A DNA stretch of 64,000 bases from a virus. The notes beneath the pieces were generated by a model. The model was not told where the DNA came from. It made no database searches and saw nothing but the letters and a program-made list of their open reading frames with translations. Where the stretch lies: IMG/VR virus record IMGVR_UViG_3300030102_006903, positions 1 through 64,000 of that record; one strand, written 5' to 3'. Position 1 is the stretch's first letter, and every line of letters begins with the position of its first letter. The translations under genes were made by a program, and so were the position numbers. This document shows positions 18,168-27,408 of this stretch, one piece after another.

Positions 18168-19218
18168 TGTTGTTTCTGCCCACACTACCTCTACTAGAAC
18201 CTGCTCCACTACCAACTGATGAACCTCTACTAATATTTGATGATGGTGGTGGGGAATAACTTCTTACTGGTGGTGAAGAACTTCTAATGTTGTTATTATT
18301 TGGTGGAGTATAATAGTTTCTAATATTGTTGTTATTATTTCTATAATTATTATTACCGTTTTCTACTCTATTATAGTTTCTGATATTGTTAGGAACATTA
18401 TTAGGATTATTGTATGTTCTTACTTTTACATTTGAATTTTCAAGTTTTTCAAATAATCTTCCAATAAAGGTTCTATCTTGATTATTAACTATTACATCCA
18501 CATCATTTGGATTAGGAATTCTATTTCTATCACCATAGTTTCTTGGAGGAGTTATAACATCGTTTCCTCTACTAATTCTTATGTTAGGATTTGCTATTAC
18601 ATTATTATTACCATTACCTCTTCTATTACCATTTGGAGTTACTACAATTCCATTAGAACCTCTCCTACCTATGTTATATGAGATGTTTTGATTTTCTCTA
18701 TTGAAGTTATATGCAATACCTTGGTTATATCTGAACCAGTTTCCATCATACCAATTACTTGGATAATACCATCTATAAGGATTGTATCTGTATCCATAGT
18801 AATAAGGGTCACCATATCCGAACCATCCATTGTTCCAATGACTCCAATAATAGAATGGATAGTTCTGTGCCCAATTCCACCAATAATCATGTCTGTTCCA
18901 ATAGAAATCCCATCGAGAAACTTGACTTCTCCATAATCTATTGTTGAAATAAAAATCAGAGTGCCATGAATATGGTTGATTTTGTGCGTATAAGGAGTAA
19001 TTCCATCTGAACTTCCAATTATTTTTGAACATTCTATGGACATCCCATTCAGAATCTAAAACATCTATTTTGATGGTATCACCCGTCTGTTCAACAATAC
19101 CATACATTGGGTCATTGTTGTAATATGATGCTAGACGATATTGACTACCACAACTTGAAAAGAGGAATAAAACTAATAATCCTCCCAATAATCGAAAAAG
19201 TGAACTTGGAATCTTCAT
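18160..19218 (-). CDS. Tyr/Trp/Asn-rich low-complexity lipoprotein
   Basis: Signal peptide with lipobox FSSC; WWNW/YGY-rich middle; N/R/S/G-rich tail; start re-called at ATG 19218 behind a TATTTATA motif. Confidence 0.7.
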   Translation of the reverse strand: MKIPSSLFRLLGGLLVLFLFSSCGSQYRLASYYNNDPMYGIVEQTGDTIKIDVLDSEWDVHRMFKNNWKFRWNYSLYAQNQPYSWHSDFYFNNRLWRSQVSRWDFYWNRHDYWWNWAQNYPFYYWSHWNNGWFGYGDPYYYGYRYNPYRWYYPSNWYDGNWFRYNQGIAYNFNRENQNISYNIGRRGSNGIVVTPNGNRRGNGNNNVIANPNIRISRGNDVITPPRNYGDRNRIPNPNDVDVIVNNQDRTFIGRLFEKLENSNVKVRTYNNPNNVPNNIRNYNRVENGNNNYRNNNNNIRNYYTPPNNNNIRSSSPPVRSYSPPPSSNISRGSSVGSGAGSSRGSVGRNNID

Positions 19219-19223
19219 ACACC

Positions 19224-19231
19224 TATAAATA
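19224..19231 (-). promoter_or_regulatory. putative late-promoter motif TATTTATA
   Basis: Exact motif 5 nt upstream of ATG 19218. Confidence 0.5.
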
Positions 19232-19238
19232 TAGAATT

Positions 19239-19766
19239 TTAGTGTTTTATGTGTTGAACCCTCCACTTAACATCCTTTTTTCTAAGCATTTGTTTAGTGG
19301 CGTTAACATTTTTTAAGGAATCATCAGCAAAATAAACATCATCATAACCTTCATTATCAATCTTATCTTCAATCCAATCTGCTTTATCTTTTGGATTGTT
19401 AGATGCTAATGCGGTTACATATATTTTACTCATATTAATACCGATATCTTTTAGATATTGTCTTATCGGTTTGTGTGCTGCTCTGGCAGTTAGGATATGA
19501 ACTCCTTGTCCACCACTTGATGCTACGATTCTTCGTAGTACTGAAGTTATCTTTTTAATCTCATTTGGATTTTGAACTTTTTGAAAATCTCTAAAATCAA
19601 ATTCATCACCTGGTTTTTCTTTATATACTGCATACTGACCAGGTGTAAGTTTTCTTGTCTTACCTTTATTGGTTACATAAATAAAAGATGTGGTCTTTAC
19701 CAGAGTATCATCAAAATCGAATACTCTGAGTTTCTTTGATTCCACAAATAAACTTCGTAATAACAT
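19239..19766 (-). CDS. HAD-superfamily phosphatase
   Basis: VFDFDDTLVKT, ILTAR, KDKA, YFADDSLKN. Confidence 0.85.
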   Translation of the reverse strand: MLLRSLFVESKKLRVFDFDDTLVKTTSFIYVTNKGKTRKLTPGQYAVYKEKPGDEFDFRDFQKVQNPNEIKKITSVLRRIVASSGGQGVHILTARAAHKPIRQYLKDIGINMSKIYVTALASNNPKDKADWIEDKIDNEGYDDVYFADDSLKNVNATKQMLRKKDVKWRVQHIKH

Positions 19767-19769
19767 ATC

Positions 19770-20156
19770 TTATATAAATAGTTTGTAATCTTTTTCGAAA
19801 CTAATAGCTTCTTTCTCATATGGGTGAGATACATAATCATGACCCATATTGTAATATCTTTTGAACCAAGTTGGTGATTGTAGGTAGTGAATGTATTCGT
19901 GAATAAGAGTTTGAATAACCATTTTCTTACTTTTCATCTGTGGATAGTAAACACTAATCTCATTCATCATAGAACAATACTCAGCATGACATTTATCTTC
20001 ATCACCTTGAGCACCTTCTTCACCACTATATTTTTCGTAGATGTTTTTGTGGAGTTCTACATAAGGAGTACATTCTTGGAATTTAGAGAACCCATAGTGT
20101 TTCTCTATCTTTGGAAACACTTCATCGATAATATTTTGAACTTTTTCTTTTATCAT
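19770..20156 (-). CDS. zincin-like metallopeptidase
   Basis: LIHEYIHYLQ...HPYEKEA. Confidence 0.75.
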   Translation of the reverse strand: MIKEKVQNIIDEVFPKIEKHYGFSKFQECTPYVELHKNIYEKYSGEEGAQGDEDKCHAEYCSMMNEISVYYPQMKSKKMVIQTLIHEYIHYLQSPTWFKRYYNMGHDYVSHPYEKEAISFEKDYKLFI

Positions 20157-20157
20157 A

Positions 20158-20313
20158 TTAAAATTGTATTAAATCAATTGCCATTTCACCAGTTGGATTT
20201 CCATTTTTAGTAATTTCGTAGTTAGGGTCTGAACCATTCATCATCACATAATTGATTAATTCATCAATCGAGTCAAAAGTTTCAGAGAAAAAAGAACAAT
20301 CTAAAGAATACAT
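20158..20313 (-). CDS. hypothetical 51-aa early protein
   Basis: Manual translation MYSLDCSFFSETFDSIDELINYVMMNGSDPNYEITKNGNPTGEMAIDLIQF; follows an early promoter. Confidence 0.7.
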   Translation of the reverse strand: MYSLDCSFFSETFDSIDELINYVMMNGSDPNYEITKNGNPTGEMAIDLIQF

Positions 20314-20349
20314 AGTTTAAGTTTTAAGTGTTATTAATTATTTACATAG

Positions 20350-20381
20350 TAAATATACGAAAAAAAAATGAGAAATCCTAA
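20350..20381 (-). promoter_or_regulatory. early promoter
   Basis: TTAGGATT...TTTCGTATATTTA; near-identical to the copy at 5659-5690. Confidence 0.75.
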
Positions 20382-20392
20382 TTTTTTAACAA

Positions 20393-21031
20393 TTATTTTT
20401 CTAAATATGAAGAAATATATCCAGCTATTCTACCTGCTTTGATTTGTAGTTTTTCCCACTGGTCTTTGGTGAGTTTTTTCTTTCTTGTAACATAATCAAT
20501 TCCTAATGTACCAACAAATTTTTCATCTAAGGTGAACATTGGAATAACATATGAAGATTTAGTTCCTACTGATTCTGCTGCTCCTTTTAATCCAAAATGT
20601 TTAATTGATTTATCTTTGTAATCTGGTATGAATATACCTTTCTTTTCACCATTTAACATATGGTCGAATGCAAGTGGATAAAGTGATGTGGGGATATTAT
20701 TAAAAGTATGTGATACTGATGAAACACCTATTTTTGTAACTTCATAGAATATTGAAAACTTTTGGATTGATTTACCGGTTGGATAAAAGTTTCCACCATT
20801 ATGAAATTGAGAAATCCAAACTCTACATGATTCGAATTCTTCTCTCATCTCTTCCAACTCATTATTGATGAGGGTGGTGTTTGCAATTGTTTCTCTTACT
20901 TTATCTCTTTTCTTTTCTTGTCTTTGTTTGTGATATCTATCTATTATCAGATAAAGTACAGGCCCAACTACACCAGTTAAAAATGCTCCTAGTAGTTCCA
21001 TAATGTTAGTATTATTATCAATTATCTCCAT
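20393..21031 (-). CDS. single-TM protein with GAF-like domain (T4 holin T-like architecture)
   Basis: N-terminal TM, coiled coil, RVWISQFHNG...SSYVIPM...FVGTLGIDY. Confidence 0.55.
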   Translation of the reverse strand: MEIIDNNTNIMELLGAFLTGVVGPVLYLIIDRYHKQRQEKKRDKVRETIANTTLINNELEEMREEFESCRVWISQFHNGGNFYPTGKSIQKFSIFYEVTKIGVSSVSHTFNNIPTSLYPLAFDHMLNGEKKGIFIPDYKDKSIKHFGLKGAAESVGTKSSYVIPMFTLDEKFVGTLGIDYVTRKKKLTKDQWEKLQIKAGRIAGYISSYLEK

Positions 21032-21332
21032 CTTTTTCGTATTCGTCTAAATCTTCCATGTAATCAGCAACATTTTGTAGATAATCAGATGCAAGAGATA
21101 ACTTTTCTTGTACCCAACCTTCTAACTCTTCAATGTCCCTTTTTTTTATATTATCATAAATGATTTTAGCGGAACGAACAGATGATTTTAGAGAAGATAA
21201 ACCCATACCTACTTCATGGTCATCTCCTTCTTTTATAACTTGTTCTGGTGATTTAAATGCGGTGTGATATGGATTAGAATATATCTTTCCAATTTCAAAT
21301 TTTTCAGATAATATGTCTTTTAACTTTATCAC
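21018..21332 (-). CDS. hypothetical, putative virion protein
   Basis: MIKLKDILSE start; DHEVGM...LEGWVQEKLSLASDYL segment. Confidence 0.65.
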   Translation of the reverse strand: MIKLKDILSEKFEIGKIYSNPYHTAFKSPEQVIKEGDDHEVGMGLSSLKSSVRSAKIIYDNIKKRDIEELEGWVQEKLSLASDYLQNVADYMEDLDEYEKDGDN

Positions 21333-22075
21333 TTTTTTATTTTACCTCTCTTAACATCTCTTTGTAATTCTTTCAGAGCATTGATTTGGTCTTGTATTGC
21401 TGATGCTAAATCTACATTTCTGTATTTAGCCTGTTTTCTAACTGCCAACATTGCAATTCTTTTTTCTTCAGTAGATGGTCCTTCGTTGATTGATTCTTTA
21501 ACACCATGTTGGTTATCCCAAACCTTACCAATCGCATTTCTATACTTTTTATCCTTTTCAAAATCTTTAAAAGTTGGACCATAATTCTTTTTCATGAGTG
21601 CAAAGAAAGCATCTATAAATTTATCTTTACTTTTGGGATATTTTTTTGCCAACTTTCCGAGTGTGATTTCATTCATCTCTATTTTTTCTTTATCAAGACC
21701 AGTTAACATATCTTGTTCTGCCTTTTTCATTTTCTTTTCTTGAGCTTTTACTTTGTGGTGGTGGTCTATGATTGCTTTTTTAGCTTTCTCTTTTTTCTTT
21801 GGGTCTTTTTCTGATACAAATGCTGATGCTAATCTTTTTTGGTCTTTCACCATACTTTGGTGTTTGAGTGCTTCTTTTTGATATGTACTTGCAAGTTTAT
21901 TAAAACCACGAGATGGTCCTCTAACTTCTGCCATTCTTTTAATTATTTCTTTAAGTTGCGATATTTTGAGTTTCATTTCGTTCCTTTTTTTTCTACCTGC
22001 ACAATGAGCTTTTTGTGAGAAACCTTTTGGATTATTACAATCTATACTTTTTTTATACTTATTACTCCACCCCAT
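21329..22075 (-). CDS. modular basic protein, putative virion protein
   Basis: WSNKYKKSIDCNNPKGFSQKAHCAG module, then segments bounded by xNE/MAE; two late motifs upstream. Confidence 0.65.
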   Translation of the reverse strand: MGWSNKYKKSIDCNNPKGFSQKAHCAGRKKRNEMKLKISQLKEIIKRMAEVRGPSRGFNKLASTYQKEALKHQSMVKDQKRLASAFVSEKDPKKKEKAKKAIIDHHHKVKAQEKKMKKAEQDMLTGLDKEKIEMNEITLGKLAKKYPKSKDKFIDAFFALMKKNYGPTFKDFEKDKKYRNAIGKVWDNQHGVKESINEGPSTEEKRIAMLAVRKQAKYRNVDLASAIQDQINALKELQRDVKRGKIKK

Positions 22076-22082
22076 TATACTA

Positions 22083-22112
22083 TATAAATATAAAGGTTTC
22101 TGTATATAAGTA
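22083..22112 (-). promoter_or_regulatory. tandem putative late-promoter motifs
   Basis: TACTTATA at 22105-22112 and TATTTATA at 22083-22090. Confidence 0.55.
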
Positions 22113-22784
22113 TTAAATATCTAAATCCTCATAAAATTTTTCAATAAAAGAACCGAGTTGGATTGGGTTTTTTGGTTTTACCTTTTCAACTTTCAATGCT
22201 GATTTAATTTTTTTATAATTTTTATCACCAAACATTTTAGAAATAAAATTTTTTGACCTTTCCATTTCTATCAATCTTTCATTATAATAAAAGTAAAAAT
22301 CATTTTTCTTTTTAAACTCGGGGTCTGGTTTTTCTTGAATACCTGGTGTGTAATGAGCAATCTCCATTCTTAGGTATGTATCAGCAAGTAATTTAAAATT
22401 CTTTGTAGAATCGTAAAGTAACTCATAAAACTTACCATTTAAAGAAATAAAAGTATTGTTTTCAAATTTTACTTTTGAAACTTTATCAGATGATATAGAA
22501 AGAGGTTTCCAATCAGTTTCTATTTCAAATGTTTCCTCAATTAAGTTGTAATTTGTTATTACTCTTAGTGGAGTATCTGAATCGTACAATTCAAGTTCTG
22601 CTGGTTGGGATTCCTTAAAATAATATCTATTACCAACAAACGCAACTTCTTTTGGTGTATATTGTCTTGCTATTTCTCTTTGTAAAACATCTAAATCTGT
22701 TCTAAATTGTGATTCAAAGTTTTGGGTATCAAAGGATTGTCCGAAGATAAATCCTCCGAATAGTATAATTAATAAATTTTTCAT
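22113..22784 (-). CDS. secreted protein, Flavobacteriia-like hypothetical
   Basis: Signal peptide MKNLLIILFGGFIFGQ; beta-rich body. Confidence 0.7.
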   Translation of the reverse strand: MKNLLIILFGGFIFGQSFDTQNFESQFRTDLDVLQREIARQYTPKEVAFVGNRYYFKESQPAELELYDSDTPLRVITNYNLIEETFEIETDWKPLSISSDKVSKVKFENNTFISLNGKFYELLYDSTKNFKLLADTYLRMEIAHYTPGIQEKPDPEFKKKNDFYFYYNERLIEMERSKNFISKMFGDKNYKKIKSALKVEKVKPKNPIQLGSFIEKFYEDLDI

Positions 22785-22786
22785 GA

Positions 22787-23431
22787 TTATATTTTGTTGA
22801 TTATATATTCGTACATCCTACTACCTATTTCTTCTCCTAATTTTGAATCTGATGGATAGTGTGCTCCTCCGATATTTCGTGAATAGGATATTCTTTTACC
22901 TGCTTCGATAAAGGCATTTGTTTTAATTGGTAACTTTGTTTGTAATACCTTTCCGATTAAAATACCTTGTGCAGAATGACCAGAAGGGTAAGAAGGGGTT
23001 TTCATACTTTCAAGTATATTCTCACCCAACTTAATATTGTAATATTTAGCAAGTTGATACGGTCTTGGTCTATTAAAGTGATATTTAAGTTCTAACATTG
23101 AGCATGATTTAATCATTTCTTCAACCAAATCTTTTGGAAATGTTAGGGCATGTTCTTTACATACTTCTTCAAATACAGCTGAGATATCATCATGTTTTTC
23201 TACAAAATCTTTATCCTCAGGTAAATCTCTAAGAAACTTTAATTCTTCTAAAGTTTTAAGTGAATGATTTGCAGGTGGTTTTTTGTGGAAATACTTTGAC
23301 ATATCAAAATCTCTGAATAATCCTTTCGTTTTGACATATTCTATTTTTTCGGCGTGTTTTTTCTTCATACCATCTTTTGAATAGACAGCATTTTTAATAT
23401 TACCGATATTTTCCAAAGTAAATATAAACAT
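22787..23431 (-). CDS. PAP2 / acid phosphatase-haloperoxidase superfamily protein
   Basis: KYHFNRPRP, PSYPSGH, SRNIGGAHYPSD. Confidence 0.88.
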   Translation of the reverse strand: MFIFTLENIGNIKNAVYSKDGMKKKHAEKIEYVKTKGLFRDFDMSKYFHKKPPANHSLKTLEELKFLRDLPEDKDFVEKHDDISAVFEEVCKEHALTFPKDLVEEMIKSCSMLELKYHFNRPRPYQLAKYYNIKLGENILESMKTPSYPSGHSAQGILIGKVLQTKLPIKTNAFIEAGKRISYSRNIGGAHYPSDSKLGEEIGSRMYEYIINKI

Positions 23432-23436
23432 ACAAC

Positions 23437-23444
23437 TATAAATA
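23437..23444 (-). promoter_or_regulatory. putative late-promoter motif TATTTATA
   Basis: Exact motif 5 nt upstream of ATG 23431. Confidence 0.5.
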
Positions 23445-23454
23445 TAAAGTATTT

Positions 23455-23640
23455 TTACTTCTTGAATTTATTCCACAAATCAATTGCAGATGAAGTTAAT
23501 GATTCTACTCCCTTACCAACTTTTTTACTTATTTGTTTTGCAAGTGGTTTTGGTAAGAACTTTTCTAATTGTTTTTTAGTTTGTGATTTAGCAACAATCT
23601 TACTACCTTTTTCGATTATTTTTTCTTTAATTTTTCCCAT
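23455..23640 (-). CDS. small basic hypothetical protein
   Basis: 61-aa Lys-rich ORF in the gene run. Confidence 0.55.
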   Translation of the reverse strand: MGKIKEKIIEKGSKIVAKSQTKKQLEKFLPKPLAKQISKKVGKGVESLTSSAIDLWNKFKK

Positions 23641-23828
23641 ACTCCTCTTTTCACTAATTCCTTTCTAATTAGTTCTTTTTTTCTTTTATAAGAAGGTGAC
23701 TCATAATACTTAATTAAATCTTCTGTTTTTGTATTCGAAGGTGTGTAATGAATTACTCTGAATTTATTAGTCATTTTATTATTGACTTTAATATATTCTT
23801 TTGTACTTGGTTTTATTTTTGGTGGCAT
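23616..23828 (-). CDS. small basic hypothetical protein
   Basis: 70-aa ORF in the gene run. Confidence 0.65.
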   Translation of the reverse strand: MPPKIKPSTKEYIKVNNKMTNKFRVIHYTPSNTKTEDLIKYYESPSYKRKKELIRKELVKRGVWEKLKKK

Positions 23829-23829
23829 T

Positions 23830-24330
23830 TTATTTTATAACCTCAAAGTTTTTAATTTGATAAGTATATTCATCATCTGCAATACCATAGTGAGGGTCAA
23901 CACCAAGGTACTCCACATATCCATACTCATCGTTATATTTAACATCTAGTGAATATGGAATACTTTTTAATTCATCCGCAACTAGAATAAATAACTGAGG
24001 AACAGTTTTAATCCATGGCCATCCTTTTGGTAAATCACCCCCAGCAACAACACTATCGTTAACTTTCATAATTCTGTTTTCTAAATCAACTTCAAGTACA
24101 TTCCAATTAGTTACTTTATCTTCACAGTAACATTCTTTTCTTTGTTCTAATTTATAGTGTTTTATTTCTGATACTCTCCATTTAGATTTTGCTTTATTTA
24201 AATCCATCATAGCAACTCTAAAAGGGGATGGTTCATACTCTTCAACTTCACAACTTACTAAACCTAGTAGAAATATAGAAGCCAAAAATAATATTGACCA
24301 TTTGATAATTTTGTTATATTCTTTTCTCAT
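23830..24330 (-). CDS. lipoprotein (DUF6174-like)
   Basis: Lipobox LVSC followed by EVEE; KW...Y...ECYC...TVPQLF...YNDEYGY...ADDE. Confidence 0.7.
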   Translation of the reverse strand: MRKEYNKIIKWSILFLASIFLLGLVSCEVEEYEPSPFRVAMMDLNKAKSKWRVSEIKHYKLEQRKECYCEDKVTNWNVLEVDLENRIMKVNDSVVAGGDLPKGWPWIKTVPQLFILVADELKSIPYSLDVKYNDEYGYVEYLGVDPHYGIADDEYTYQIKNFEVIK

Positions 24331-24331
24331 A

Positions 24332-24424
24332 TTATTTATCTAACCACTTAAACCACCTATTCATTATGAACCAAAATGCAACAAACATTCCGACCACTTT
24401 GAGTAGTGTGAAAATAGTTTCCAT
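24332..24424 (-). CDS. 30-aa membrane peptide
   Basis: Manual translation METIFTLLKVVGMFVAFWFIMNRWFKWLDK. Confidence 0.5.
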   Translation of the reverse strand: METIFTLLKVVGMFVAFWFIMNRWFKWLDK

Positions 24425-24435
24425 ACCAATAAGTA

Positions 24436-24780
24436 TTAATTTACTATGATATAAGTTGATTTTATCACTTCTAAGGGAGTTTCTAAGGTCAATAGTAGTT
24501 TGTTCTTAGGTAAAGATTTTGTGTAGATTTTACGAGTGTTTACACCTAATTGTGGTATAAAAGATTCTTTTGCAATTACAGATTTTGTTTCAATATCTGA
24601 TATAATTAACCAATGTCTTTCACTTGATGATAATTCAAAATTAATATCTTGGTTATCAATTACAATTGATTCTTGTTCTTGAAAAATAAATTTGTATTCT
24701 TGTGGAATAGCAATTTCTACTAACTCATCTTTTTGACAAGAAAGTAACAACAATAATATTAATACTAAGTACTTTTTCAT
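24436..24780 (-). CDS. surface lipoprotein with T9SS C-terminal-sorting-domain-like Ig fold
   Basis: Lipobox LLSC followed by QKDE; ends GVNTRKIYTKSLPKNKLLLTL...TYIIVN; paralog of 31555..31932. Confidence 0.6.
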   Translation of the reverse strand: MKKYLVLILLLLLSCQKDELVEIAIPQEYKFIFQEQESIVIDNQDINFELSSSERHWLIISDIETKSVIAKESFIPQLGVNTRKIYTKSLPKNKLLLTLETPLEVIKSTYIIVN

Positions 24781-27407
24781 TTTATTTTTAACTCTATTTT
24801 TTCATTATCTTTATCAACCAATTCCATAAACCTTATACCAAATAATCCTAATGTAGATTGTAGGTTAGATTTTAATTTGAATTTTAATCTATAAGTAATA
24901 CCATTATTAAGGTTTTGTGAATCCTCAGATGTAAAAGAACCAACAGTAACATAATTACTTCTACCTGTGGCAAAGTTTGGAATCACTTCTGATGAAAATT
25001 CTGTTTCGTTATATTCTACTCTATCTTTATCAAAATAAATTTTAAATTGTGAACCAACTATATTTTTTTGATTTGATGGAATCGAAAGTTCTAAGGTAAT
25101 TTCATTTTCAATTCTATCAATATCAAATACTATACTACTATCAGTACGATTAAATGTGGGTGCAGATGAATATCTTACATCCATACTCGTTTCTTGTGCT
25201 GAGTTTGTTGTATAATTTGTAGGTTGTTTGGAATGTGAAAAATTAACATCACCTAATATTGCCATATTGTAAGTTTTACTTTGTGTTCTTTGACTGAATG
25301 AGGTACTTGGTACATAAGTTTTAGTTTTACCTCTCGGAACACTTGTTGACCAATCTGAAGTACTCCAACTATTATAATCACTTTCAAATAAAAGTACAAC
25401 ATCATCAAATGTATTTCCTTCAAATGGGTCTGTATCACCATAGATATGTTGCATCATTAATTGAGTATCTGTAAAATCAAATTTATTATCTTCGTTAACA
25501 TCAGATACTACATATTCAATACCAGTTGTATAGATACCACCACTACCACCAAATGGTCCACCACTACCTGGTGAAGTTAAATGAGAAAATGCTAATGCTA
25601 AATCTTGAACTGTTATAACATTTGCATATTGGTCTGAGTAATAAGTGTTATCAACTTCTAATAATAAATCGTGATTGATGTAACTTGTAACATCTACAAA
25701 TTCAAACTCTGCTTTGATTCCATATCCACCACCACCCATACTTCTAATATAAGATGAAAATGTTGAGTTAGAAAAATCAAGTTCTGTATCTGTATAAATC
25801 CAATATTCATTCCAATGAGTATCTGCATTATTGTTACCACTCTTTGGTGTTACTGCACCATCCCATAAATCAAATAATTTTAATTTAGTTACTTTATCCC
25901 AATCTGGTTGTTGATTTGTAAATTCTCTACTATCGATACCAACTCTGTATCTATTGTTTGTGTTATCATAAGCATAAATTACACACCATTCTACCGAACC
26001 ACCAGTTGTAGTTGCTTTCTTATTACCAGTATTTACTTGAGTAGAATAAACTCCACCACCATCATCATTATATGATACTTGTCCACTTGTTCCTAATGAT
26101 TCAGTTTTTGTACCATTTACTGTTCCATTATCATATTCTAACTTTGAACTAAATTTACTTTTATCTAAATCTGTATTTAAGTTATAAACAACATCTAATT
26201 TATGAGGAATACTTGCAGGACTAACACTCCATATTTCATCTTTGTTAAACTGATAATCAGAATCAGATGGTCTTTTCCATTTAAGATATAAATCTGCACC
26301 ACCAACTCCTTGTTCATATCGTACTCTAAATGAATAAACATTATCAGCAGTTAAACTAATATCAGCAGTTCTTGCTCCATTATTATAAGCCAAGTTAGTA
26401 TTTACCATATTTCCATCACTATTTGTATCAAAGAATAAATCACTTCTATCATCTGAATCTAATTGGAATGTGTAGGTACCTGTTTCTTCTGGTACAAATT
26501 TACCTTCTATCTCCCAACCGAAGTTGTTACTATTATGTCTTGGTAATTTTGATGAAGGCCAAGTAAATGCCTTTGTTGCGGTTTCTCTACCATAATGTGT
26601 CCACTCAGTAGTTTTCTTATTTGCATAATCAAACATATTATCAAAATCAGATGCATTTGCAGGATGAGCATTATATTCTGATTGGCCACCATTTGAATCA
26701 TAATCGTTTATTTTAAATGATTTGTAAATTACTGCATCTTGTCCATCACTAACCGCTGAAGAGAATGTTGGTGCTGATTGGACTGGAGTATAAGTAAAAT
26801 CTTGATATTCATAAGCATACATTGGGTCATAAACAGTATTGTTACTTTCTGTCATTCTACCCATTGTTACAACAATACCATCTGTATAATCTAAATTTGA
26901 ATCATAATCTTTTACTAATAGATTTACTTTTACATACCAATCGAGAGATGCTAAATTATTATTATTTGCACTTGCCTGATAATGGTCAATCCAAAAATTA
27001 GAATCAGTTGGATAAGAACCACCTTGAGACCATTGCATCCAAATATCATAATGTGGGTGATTGTTTGTAAAACTCATCTTTCTATTATCACCAATGAAGT
27101 GTGAAGTTCCATTAGCAGATGTATGAAACACATGATTTATTTTAGTGTACATTCTTTTATCATACTGAACATCAATGTGAGCATAAGTTATTGCGTTATT
27201 ATTTTTGTAATTGTGAATCTTGATACCCATTACTATTGTATCACCAGGTCTGATATTTGCTACTGATTCACTTGAGTTTGATGGAGTACCTAACCATACT
27301 AAAGTTGCCGCACCTTCACCATCAGCAACTTGTGATGAAGTTGGCCCACTAAACTGTCCGAATACCAAAGTTGGTAAAAGTAGTAATATTAATAAAAACT
27401 TTTTCAT
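24777..27407 (-). CDS. secreted cohesin-like / PA14 / dockerin-like / cohesin-like protein
   Basis: Signal peptide; HIDVQYDK (cohesin-like); GKFVPEETGTYTFQLDSDD...YEQGVGGADLYLKWKRP (PA14); DVNEDNKFDFTDTQLMMQHIYG (dockerin-like); VGSQFKIYFD (cohesin-like). Confidence 0.75.
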   Translation of the reverse strand: MKKFLLILLLLPTLVFGQFSGPTSSQVADGEGAATLVWLGTPSNSSESVANIRPGDTIVMGIKIHNYKNNNAITYAHIDVQYDKRMYTKINHVFHTSANGTSHFIGDNRKMSFTNNHPHYDIWMQWSQGGSYPTDSNFWIDHYQASANNNNLASLDWYVKVNLLVKDYDSNLDYTDGIVVTMGRMTESNNTVYDPMYAYEYQDFTYTPVQSAPTFSSAVSDGQDAVIYKSFKINDYDSNGGQSEYNAHPANASDFDNMFDYANKKTTEWTHYGRETATKAFTWPSSKLPRHNSNNFGWEIEGKFVPEETGTYTFQLDSDDRSDLFFDTNSDGNMVNTNLAYNNGARTADISLTADNVYSFRVRYEQGVGGADLYLKWKRPSDSDYQFNKDEIWSVSPASIPHKLDVVYNLNTDLDKSKFSSKLEYDNGTVNGTKTESLGTSGQVSYNDDGGGVYSTQVNTGNKKATTTGGSVEWCVIYAYDNTNNRYRVGIDSREFTNQQPDWDKVTKLKLFDLWDGAVTPKSGNNNADTHWNEYWIYTDTELDFSNSTFSSYIRSMGGGGYGIKAEFEFVDVTSYINHDLLLEVDNTYYSDQYANVITVQDLALAFSHLTSPGSGGPFGGSGGIYTTGIEYVVSDVNEDNKFDFTDTQLMMQHIYGDTDPFEGNTFDDVVLLFESDYNSWSTSDWSTSVPRGKTKTYVPSTSFSQRTQSKTYNMAILGDVNFSHSKQPTNYTTNSAQETSMDVRYSSAPTFNRTDSSIVFDIDRIENEITLELSIPSNQKNIVGSQFKIYFDKDRVEYNETEFSSEVIPNFATGRSNYVTVGSFTSEDSQNLNNGITYRLKFKLKSNLQSTLGLFGIRFMELVDKDNEKIELKIK

Positions 27408-27408
27408 A

